A program made the translations under genes and the position numbers. A model generated the notes under the pieces. That model had not been told where the DNA came from, ran no database searches, and was given only the letters and a program-made list of their open reading frames with translations. Shown here piece by piece: positions 57,046 through 64,000 of a DNA stretch of 64,000 bases; position 1 is the first letter of the stretch, and every line of letters begins with the position of its first letter. The DNA is taken from NCBI GenBank assembly GCA_964632215.1, contig CAZWBG010000001.1, positions 241,776-305,775 of the forward strand. Reading direction: 5' to 3'. This DNA comes from an uncultured Candidatus Saccharibacteria bacterium. GTDB taxonomy: Bacteria > Patescibacteriota > Saccharimonadia > Saccharimonadales > UBA7683.

Positions 57046-58212
57046 ATGAAGATCGTGATAGTCGGTGGTGGTTTTGCTGGTATTAAAACTGCTCTACTAC
57101 TCGCCAATAAGCCACAGTTTGATGTGCAACTAATCTCGAACAACACCCACTTTGAATACCACGGCGCTCTCTACCGAAGTGCTGTCGGGCACTCTCCACT
57201 TGAAGTAGTTATCCCACTGAAAGAGATTTTTGCTGATGCCAAGAATGTTGAACTTATTTTAGATGACGTAACTACTATAGATAATAAAAAACGACTACTA
57301 TCTTCGAGTACCGACCACGTATACCCCTACGACAAGGTAATTTTAGCACTCGGCAGTACCGTCAACTACTTTGGTATTGAAGGACTCGAAGATCACACTG
57401 AAAACCTTAGCACCATCAGTAATACTATTCGACTGAGAAAACATCTCGTTGAGTTATTTCAAACAACACGTAAAACACCCGTAAGAATTGCGGTAATCGG
57501 AGCAGGACCATCTGGAATTGAACTTGTAGGAGAGCTGCAAACTTTTGCTAATTTTATTGCCAAAAAATATAATATCAAACCCGTACAGGTGCAGCCATTA
57601 CTTGTAGAAGGTTCAGGTAGGATACTGCCGAGTCTTCTGCCGAAAACATCTGAAAAAGTGACTCGACGCCTGCATAAACTAGGGGTTGAGATACACCTAG
57701 GAATAAAAGTTGAGTCTTGCAAGAAGAATGAACTCTGCCTGAGTGCTGGAAATCTCGGTGCGGATAGTATTATTTGGTCTGCGGGAAGTAAGCCGGTAGG
57801 CTTCTACGAGCAGAATCCAAGCGTTTTTGTACTGAGCAGAAACAGTAGGGTTGAGGTAGATGAATACCTACAGGCTCGTACACAGGAAGATGCTTTTGTA
57901 CTCGGCGATAATGCCAACACTCCCTATAGTGGTATGGCGCAGACTGCCCTGCACGATGCTCAGTTTCTAGCTCGTAACTTGCTACGAGAAGTATCTGGTA
58001 AGCCACCAAAGAAATATCGGGCAGTTCGGCCAACCTATGTTGTTACAGTTGGTAATAAATGGGCAGTTGTTCAAAAGAATAAAACCATTACCAGTGGCTA
58101 TCGCGGTTGGCTGATACGTCGTCAAGCTGACCTTGCAATATTTAAACACTTCAGGCCTTACGAGCAGGCTATCAAAACATGGCGACAGGCTCAAAGAATG
58201 TCGGATATCTAA
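57046..58212 (+). CDS. Type II NADH dehydrogenase (NDH-2) / FAD-dependent pyridine nucleotide-disulfide oxidoreductase
   Basis: MKIVIVGGGFAGI N-terminal FAD motif and a second VIGAGPSGIE Rossmann motif. Confidence 0.8.
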   Translation: MKIVIVGGGFAGIKTALLLANKPQFDVQLISNNTHFEYHGALYRSAVGHSPLEVVIPLKEIFADAKNVELILDDVTTIDNKKRLLSSSTDHVYPYDKVILALGSTVNYFGIEGLEDHTENLSTISNTIRLRKHLVELFQTTRKTPVRIAVIGAGPSGIELVGELQTFANFIAKKYNIKPVQVQPLLVEGSGRILPSLLPKTSEKVTRRLHKLGVEIHLGIKVESCKKNELCLSAGNLGADSIIWSAGSKPVGFYEQNPSVFVLSRNSRVEVDEYLQARTQEDAFVLGDNANTPYSGMAQTALHDAQFLARNLLREVSGKPPKKYRAVRPTYVVTVGNKWAVVQKNKTITSGYRGWLIRRQADLAIFKHFRPYEQAIKTWRQAQRMSDI

Positions 58213-58456
58213 TCTAGTCTAGTTATGTATCCTGATTAGTGCTATTATTCTTAAACTATTAGTTTAGTGAACTTTTAGCATACCGATGCTGTTCTTAGAA
58301 TTAGCTGTATTTTCCGAGTTCACTGCAACAAAAAACTCTCCCAGTAGTATATAGAGCTTATGTTTTAAAATATAGTTTACAAAAAATAAAGTAGATTGTA
58401 CTATGAAATTAGGCAATGGTGGTATGCCATTTTACTAATAAAAGGAGGGTACTCAT

Positions 58457-59131
58457 ATGGCTGCAACTGCAACCGCAACCCAAAACCAAAACGTTCAACT
58501 CATAAAAACATTCATTATTGCTTTTGGTGCAGTGCTACTTGCACTTCCAATTGTAACCGTTATTACAGCTTCTATTGTACAGGCACAATTTGGTGGCCTC
58601 GTACATGCAGCTGCAGAAACACCAACAAGCCAAGTCAACAGTCTTGCTGGTCCAAGTTGTGCTATTCCAGCGGAAGAACAACAGGCTAACGCTCAAGAAA
58701 AAGCAGCTCAGGCCAATAGTGGTAACTTTGTTGCGAAAGTTTGGAAATCTTTGCCAGTGATAAACCAAACAAACAACAGTACTTCAAACTCAACCACTAC
58801 AAACACGTCTAATGTTGAGATTAAGAACAATGGTAACACGGACAATCGCTGGAGTGGTAACACTAACATCGATAGCCGATTTAGTGGCAACACACTAAGT
58901 CTTACCGATAATCGCAACAGTGGTAACACTAACACTGATAGCCGACACTACCAGTACACTAATATTAGCGACAATGGTAACACCAACACCGATAATCGCA
59001 ACAGTGGTAACACTAACATCAGTGATAACGGCAACACTGACAATAGCAACAGTGGTAACACTAATGTGAATACAAATGTAAACACAAACATTATAGCTAC
59101 GAGCGACAACGACGGCATAGATCTTAACTAA
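58457..59131 (+). CDS. Secreted/membrane-anchored Asn/Thr/Ser-rich tandem-repeat protein
   Basis: Strong RBS (AAAGGAGGG), N-terminal hydrophobic segment, then degenerate SGNTN(I/T)D..R repeats that are also visible as nucleotide-level repeats. Confidence 0.55.
   Translation: MAATATATQNQNVQLIKTFIIAFGAVLLALPIVTVITASIVQAQFGGLVHAAAETPTSQVNSLAGPSCAIPAEEQQANAQEKAAQANSGNFVAKVWKSLPVINQTNNSTSNSTTTNTSNVEIKNNGNTDNRWSGNTNIDSRFSGNTLSLTDNRNSGNTNTDSRHYQYTNISDNGNTNTDNRNSGNTNISDNGNTDNSNSGNTNVNTNVNTNIIATSDNDGIDLN
58830..59090 (+). repeat. Imperfect coding tandem repeats (AGTGGTAACACTAACA... units)
   Basis: Repeated AGTGGTAACACTAAC / GATAATCGCAAC / GATAGCCGA units encode the SGNTN..DNRN blocks. Confidence 0.6.
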
Positions 59132-59165
59132 GATATTTTTAGCCGCAGGCATCGTACACGAAAGA

Positions 59166-59188
59166 GCCCCGTTCACTCGGGGTTTTTT
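59166..59188 (+). terminator. Rho-independent terminator
   Basis: CCCCG / CGGGG stem (59167-59171 and 59178-59182) with a TTCACT loop, followed by TTTTTT. Confidence 0.6.
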
Positions 59189-59199
59189 CATGCCGTGAT

Positions 59200-60219
59200 A
59201 TGATAAGCACAATGCGTATTTCTAACTTTTGGCACAAAACGCTCAATCGTCCTTACGTGCTTCATAACACAGCTACAGGTAGTGGGCCAACTGTTATCTT
59301 CTTGCACGGTATTGCCTCTTCTTCCGCTACCTGGAGCAACCTAGTGCCACTCCTAAGTCCTACGCATCGCTGCATCACCATAGATCTTCTCGGTTTTGGT
59401 GATTCGCCAAAACCTGCTTGGAGTAAATATACTATTAACGATCATGTACGAAATATCAGAAGAACCATCCTAGGCCTAGACCTCTTGGAGCCTTATATTC
59501 TAGTTGGGCATTCGCTGGGCGGCCTGCTCGCCAGCCGATATACGAGTTTGTATCCCCATGAGGTTTCTCAGCTTATTTTACTAAGCCCGCCAGTCTACCT
59601 TGATCCTAATCATCTACACACCAAGTGGGCTAAAAATCTTACCAACGCCTACTTGCGAGCCTATAAATTTTTACGAGCTCATAAAAAATTTACACTACGT
59701 AACGCCACATTTATATCCAGACTCTTGCCAGCAAATCTATTTGTGATTAATGAAGCCACCTGGATTCCATTTACCCGCTCATTAGAAGAATGTATTGAGA
59801 CACAGGCTATCTTAGTAGATATAAATAACGTATCTGCACCGATAGAAGTCTTCTACGGTACGCGCGATCAATTTATTGTGACCAGTAATCTAAAGATGCT
59901 TGGCTCGGTACCTGGCATTACTATGCATGAGCTTAAGGGTAGCGACCATGTGATTCGTGAACCATACGCCCAAGCAGTTGCAACTTCAATTGCCAGCAAC
60001 GAGAAGAAGCCAAGGAGTTCAGCTTACCAGCCACCACCACCTCCGCCCCCACCGCCACCACCAGAGAATCCGCCTCCTCCAGAAAAACCACTGGAGCCTG
60101 AACTTGTGGGCGATGAGAAACCACCGGCTGAGACCGCGCTAAAGTCGGTGAGCATACTGGAAAATACGACTGCACTAAAGGCACCGTTACCGACGTACCA
60201 TTCTGGAGGTTCGGAGTAG
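59200..60219 (+). CDS. Alpha/beta hydrolase with a C-terminal poly-Pro tail (tail possibly an over-extension)
   Basis: Hydrolase core with VIFLHG and GHSLGG. From ~60024 the ORF runs through PPPPPPPPPPPENPPPPEKP, antisense to the Gly-rich end of the DUF2207-like gene. Confidence 0.55.
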   Translation: MISTMRISNFWHKTLNRPYVLHNTATGSGPTVIFLHGIASSSATWSNLVPLLSPTHRCITIDLLGFGDSPKPAWSKYTINDHVRNIRRTILGLDLLEPYILVGHSLGGLLASRYTSLYPHEVSQLILLSPPVYLDPNHLHTKWAKNLTNAYLRAYKFLRAHKKFTLRNATFISRLLPANLFVINEATWIPFTRSLEECIETQAILVDINNVSAPIEVFYGTRDQFIVTSNLKMLGSVPGITMHELKGSDHVIREPYAQAVATSIASNEKKPRSSAYQPPPPPPPPPPPENPPPPEKPLEPELVGDEKPPAETALKSVSILENTTALKAPLPTYHSGGSE

Positions 60220-61823
60220 AGATCACCCAGTTGTTTTGACCACTGCTTCTCTATACCGAACAACATAGCATAAGGCAGTAACTTTTCATAAAGTTTTACA
60301 AGTTGGGTATTATCGCCGACATCTATCTTTTGAGCAGTTGTTGGTGCTTGCAAAAATTTAATTCGTTCAACCTCAGCAAGCTGCATGTACTCTTTTAAAC
60401 CTAGTAGCTGCTCTTTCGTAACGACGCCCTCAACTGTACGAGCTGGCATAATTCGACCGAATATCAACAGAATGATGCCGGAGATGCCAATTCCTAAGGT
60501 TATAAGCAGCGCTGGAGGAAAGAATAATAGTGGCGTAAACCCAATAACTAAAAGTGCTATGCCCCACCCAATATATGAACCTCGAGCCTTTTGAGGATTT
60601 GTCTTAAAGTACCCTCGCTCTACCACTCGTTGGTTCACGAAATTTGTGAGTGGTTTAACCTCTGTGTATAGCTTACTCTTCATGTTACTCAGATTAACTT
60701 TCGACCCTACTTGGGTACTATCTGAAAAAACCATATGCATCACCTTATGCTCTTCTGGCGAAAGCTGGTCGGTTACTTTTTGGATCTCAAGTTCATATTC
60801 CTTCTTTGCATTTGGCTTGTCGGGGTTACTTACTTCATATAATTTCAAGTATCCAGCAATACAAAGACCCAGTAATGTGGCGGTGATGGCACTTGTCCGC
60901 ATCGTTTCTCTAATGACTATCTCGGCCAAAAGTGGGTTCATGTCTTTTGGCGGGACATACTCTGGAATAATAATTCCCTTACCCTTTGGGTCACGCCCAT
61001 CTTTACGCCATTTTCGCCACATCAGAATCAAGACAAGTAAGGGTAGCCCAAGCATAAGCAAACCTCCAACTACAATCGCTGAAATTACAATCCACAGTGG
61101 AGTTTTATACGGTGTAAAAGTATTTGGTGCAAAACCTAATACGAAGCTTAAATTCTCATTCGCTGCCAACATCTTGTCTGAACTTATAGTTATCAGTATT
61201 TCGTCTCTACTACTCGCTCGGCTTACGGTACAATCACTTGCACTACTACCATACGAACCAGTGAAGCACTTTTCTCCCTGAAGCGTTGAGACAATATCTT
61301 GAGGAATATGTATACGAGCAGTGGTCTGACCAAATGGCTGTTGCCATTGGGTACCATTTACGTTCCAATACCACTCGTCGTGCTCATCGTAAAAAGTAAC
61401 AACGTTACGCTGCGTATAGGTAATAACATACGTCTGCAGGCCATGTACATAACGGTCTTTATCACCAATCTGAAGTATTAAATTATCATTTTCAGAAGTG
61501 GTGCTATAGTTCTGGGGATCTCCTGTTTCATTCGTTACGCTCTCTACCTTTAGGTTTGTGTTGTTCTTTTTGTATTCCTTGGGTAGAGCTCGCCTAATTC
61601 CATGATTCTGGTCATATTCAGGAAACTGGACCTGAATGACTTCGACAGTCTTAAGCTGAGAAACATTCTTGTCATCTTTATTTAGATAATAATCGGCAGT
61701 AAACGAGGATACCGTGAAGTTATCTGTAGTAGATTGTGCACGTAGATGAGGAGCGACTGATAGCGACACCAGAAAACTTACGAATATAGCGACGAGTACT
61801 GAAAGTATTATTTTCTTTGGCAT
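60024..61823 (-). CDS. DUF2207-like membrane protein with a Gly-rich C-terminus
   Basis: Signal/TM, a large extracytoplasmic domain, three TM helices, then GGFSSPTSSGSSGFSGGGGFSGGGGGGGGGGGW, the characteristic DUF2207 tail. Confidence 0.6.
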   Translation of the reverse strand: MPKKIILSVLVAIFVSFLVSLSVAPHLRAQSTTDNFTVSSFTADYYLNKDDKNVSQLKTVEVIQVQFPEYDQNHGIRRALPKEYKKNNTNLKVESVTNETGDPQNYSTTSENDNLILQIGDKDRYVHGLQTYVITYTQRNVVTFYDEHDEWYWNVNGTQWQQPFGQTTARIHIPQDIVSTLQGEKCFTGSYGSSASDCTVSRASSRDEILITISSDKMLAANENLSFVLGFAPNTFTPYKTPLWIVISAIVVGGLLMLGLPLLVLILMWRKWRKDGRDPKGKGIIIPEYVPPKDMNPLLAEIVIRETMRTSAITATLLGLCIAGYLKLYEVSNPDKPNAKKEYELEIQKVTDQLSPEEHKVMHMVFSDSTQVGSKVNLSNMKSKLYTEVKPLTNFVNQRVVERGYFKTNPQKARGSYIGWGIALLVIGFTPLLFFPPALLITLGIGISGIILLIFGRIMPARTVEGVVTKEQLLGLKEYMQLAEVERIKFLQAPTTAQKIDVGDNTQLVKLYEKLLPYAMLFGIEKQWSKQLGDLYSEPPEWYVGNGAFSAVVFSSMLTDFSAVSAGGFSSPTSSGSSGFSGGGGFSGGGGGGGGGGGW

Positions 61824-61828
61824 CTCGT

Positions 61829-62626
61829 CTAAACTCCAATATCACGTTTTGAAAATAGAATTAACGAGATAACAACCGTAATAACAGTCACGCTAAGTAG
61901 TACTAATACATCTCTTAGCTGTAAGCCTGTTTTTGCTAAAGCGCTCGTATTGTAATAATGAAAGAGTGAGATGAAGTCGTACGGCTCAAGCCACGACACA
62001 GACTTAGCAAACGACGAGAGAAAATAGCTGCCAAAAGCTACAAATGAACCGATAAGTATAGTGAAGCCACGACTACCCGTCGCAAAACCGAGCGCAAAGG
62101 TTACGCTCCCAATAGCTAATGTTAGTAAGAAACACATCAGTGTCAAATTAGCCAAGCTACCCAAGGGGAAGCTCTCATGTATAAGCCAAATGGTTCCTAC
62201 GGTTGAAGCAAACAGTGCAAGATGCACAAGTGCAAATATGCCAACAAGGGTGAGCCATTTTTCAAGCGCAATCCGACTACGTGAAACTGGTGCCGCAATG
62301 AGTTGGTACAGCTGTCCGCTCTTTTCTTCCGTAACCGTTAGTCCTACTCCCAACACCACTGCCATAATAAGCGTTAAGAGCGGCACACGAATATCAAAAA
62401 GTTGACTACTCACATAACCAGATATGGTATTAAAGCTGCTTGTATCACCCACAAATGCCTGTAGCTGCGTTGGCACATTAGCAAAGAGCTGGTTAATCGA
62501 TTCGTCTTGTTTGAAAGAAGGGAAAAAGATAATAATCAGTACAACCATAACAATGACTCCGATAACCCAGCCAAGGGTGAACCATCGCTTGTCGTAGAAA
62601 CCTTTGAGCATAATATTCTTAAACAT
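61829..62626 (-). CDS. ABC-2 type transporter permease
   Basis: 265 aa with six TM segments. Overlaps the upstream ATPase gene. Confidence 0.7.
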   Translation of the reverse strand: MFKNIMLKGFYDKRWFTLGWVIGVIVMVVLIIIFFPSFKQDESINQLFANVPTQLQAFVGDTSSFNTISGYVSSQLFDIRVPLLTLIMAVVLGVGLTVTEEKSGQLYQLIAAPVSRSRIALEKWLTLVGIFALVHLALFASTVGTIWLIHESFPLGSLANLTLMCFLLTLAIGSVTFALGFATGSRGFTILIGSFVAFGSYFLSSFAKSVSWLEPYDFISLFHYYNTSALAKTGLQLRDVLVLLSVTVITVVISLILFSKRDIGV

Positions 62627-63539
62627 GAGTGGGTACTTCCTTATTATTGTAAAGTTCCAAGAACATATCGTCTAAACTTGCCTCTTTAATCAAAACATCG
62701 CTAACAGGCTGCATCGCGAGCCAACCCAAAACCTCTTTAATTGGTTCGCTGGTAAGAAAACGGATACGTTCTTTTGTCTCTTCAAGGATCTCTAAGTTTT
62801 TAAAATGTGGTAGATGCATCGGCTTCGTACCAGTTTTACAGACGATAGTAATGTCTTTTTTAGACTGATTACGCACACTGTTCATATCTACCACCTTCAC
62901 TAAACTCCCTTCGCGCATAAAACCGACTCGGCTACATATCTCTTCTACCTCAGAAAGAATGTGTGACGAAATGAATACCGTTCTACCCTTGGCGCTGTGC
63001 TCGCGAACCAGCTCATAAAACTCATTTTGCATGAGTGGATCAAGTCCTGAGGTTGGCTCATCGAGTAGTAAAATATCTGGGTCATGCATAAGCGCCGCTA
63101 CGAGGCCAATTTTTTGTTTATTACCACGAGATAATGTGCGTATCTGTTGATGCAGCGTAACACCCAGCCGATCAGTAAGTTCACGAGTTTTCTTTGCAGT
63201 GTCAATCTTATATAGATGGCTCATAAAATCAAGATACTGAGCTCCGGTAAGGTTATCGTAGAGTTCAAAGTCACCCGCTAGGTAGCCTACCTTTTTATTG
63301 ATCTCCACGCTATGTTTTGTGCTCTCAAGCCCAAAAACTCGTACCTTACCACTACTCGGGTGTAGGAAATTCATAATAGTGCGGATAGTTGTGGTCTTGC
63401 CCGCTCCGTTAGGCCCAAGAAAACCAAAAACTTCTCCAGGTTGCAGCTGTAAGCTGATGTTTTCGATACCCCGAGCTTTACCATATCGCTTTGTTAGATT
63501 TATAAGCTCTAGGGGTGCTATTGAAGTATCATTTTTCAT
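62619..63539 (-). CDS. ABC transporter ATP-binding protein
   Basis: GPNGAGKTT Walker A, LSRGNKQKIGL signature, LLLDEPTSGLD Walker B. Start taken at the internal ATG (MKNDTS) at 63539. Confidence 0.8.
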   Translation of the reverse strand: MKNDTSIAPLELINLTKRYGKARGIENISLQLQPGEVFGFLGPNGAGKTTTIRTIMNFLHPSSGKVRVFGLESTKHSVEINKKVGYLAGDFELYDNLTGAQYLDFMSHLYKIDTAKKTRELTDRLGVTLHQQIRTLSRGNKQKIGLVAALMHDPDILLLDEPTSGLDPLMQNEFYELVREHSAKGRTVFISSHILSEVEEICSRVGFMREGSLVKVVDMNSVRNQSKKDITIVCKTGTKPMHLPHFKNLEILEETKERIRFLTSEPIKEVLGWLAMQPVSDVLIKEASLDDMFLELYNNKEVPTHV

Positions 63540-63684
63540 ATAGATATATATTCTTTTCTTGATTTTAGTATAGCACTTTTTGCTTATGCTGTACCTTAAT
63601 TTCCATGGTATGGAGCAGAACAATGACTGGGTACATAGCTACTGCTACTAGCAAATTAGCTTGTCGAACTATTGGTTGAACTAA

Positions 63685-63978
63685 TTAACTATCTGCTTGT
63701 GCTTCCTCTGTTTGCTCACGCCGTGTTAAGAAGGGTCTCATGACGATCGGCGTTAAAAAGAAGAGTATAAATGCTGCCTGACCCGCCCAGAGTGAAGCAA
63801 TTACTACACAAAAGGAGATTGTTATAATAGCCTTATTACGTGCCGCGGCGTAATCTTTATGCTGTTTCGTTAAACTATCTCCATAGAGTCTGTTTTTACT
63901 AGTAACTGCGTAGTGCCACTCCCAGCCACCTATGACTGCCATGACAAAGAAGTTGATTGGAAAAAGAACCTTCCCCAA
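63685..63978 (-). CDS. Membrane protein, hypothetical (may extend beyond the window)
   Basis: 97 aa with two TM helices, close to the window edge. Confidence 0.3.
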   Translation of the reverse strand: MGKVLFPINFFVMAVIGGWEWHYAVTSKNRLYGDSLTKQHKDYAAARNKAIITISFCVVIASLWAGQAAFILFFLTPIVMRPFLTRREQTEEAQADS

Positions 63979-64000
63979 GGGCAGATATGAGTACGTGCCT

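Noticed and set aside
58800-59100. Possible CRISPR-like repeat array
   Set aside because: The repeats are short (12-16 nt), degenerate, in-frame and coding, with no regular unique spacers. They are a low-complexity protein repeat, not CRISPR.
58895-59212. Minus-strand ORF (VTTVAIVSVAVITDV...) opposite the tandem-repeat protein
   Set aside because: It is the antisense translation of the SGNTN repeat DNA. The plus-strand gene has a strong RBS, an anchor and a terminator; the minus-strand ORF is a repeat-induced artefact.

Overview
The window is a gene-dense bacterial segment, with coding on both strands and runs of translationally coupled minus-strand operons. Its content (split transketolase, a compact glycolysis/pentose-phosphate operon, many membrane-anchored proteins, a DUF2207 protein) suggests a small-genome monoderm/CPR-like lineage, possibly Saccharibacteria; that taxonomic placement is inference from gene content only. 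Housekeeping genes recognised from the translations: dnaE, recF, gatC/gatA/gatB, uvrB, pheS/pheT, and a central carbon operon (gap, rpiB, rpe, transketolase N- and C-terminal halves, class II aldolase, PfkB kinase). Also present: ppa, trxB, a glutaredoxin-like gene, an FKBP isomerase, ABC transporters, Fur-family regulator, ZIP transporter, aquaporin, RmuC, MarR plus an MFS pump, NDH-2 and YajQ. I saw no rRNA, tRNA or CRISPR array. Accessory content is concentrated in three places. (1) 10.3-18.7 kb: a tight three-gene operon of a HerA/FtsK/VirB4-clade (DUF87-type) ATPase followed by two tandem, diverged Cys-rich paralogs. Next to it lie three small hydrophobic peptides, a protein with an HNH (His-Me finger) motif and a polytopic membrane protein, and part of this region looks GC-richer than its surroundings. 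(2) 48.35-50.28 kb: a visibly GC-rich two-gene cassette (CooC/MinD-like ATPase plus a Cys-containing unknown) bracketed by a 24-bp direct repeat (23 of 24 identical), inserted between a ZIP metal transporter and a Fur-family regulator. (3) Smaller oddities: pheS and pheT separated by three translationally coupled inserted genes; an antisense poly-Pro/poly-Gly gene overlap; a standalone Cas4-like nuclease; an Asn/Thr-rich tandem-repeat secreted protein; a large surface SGNH-hydrolase/PKD/TSP3 protein. All functional calls are from motif recognition in the supplied translations; no database searches were run.
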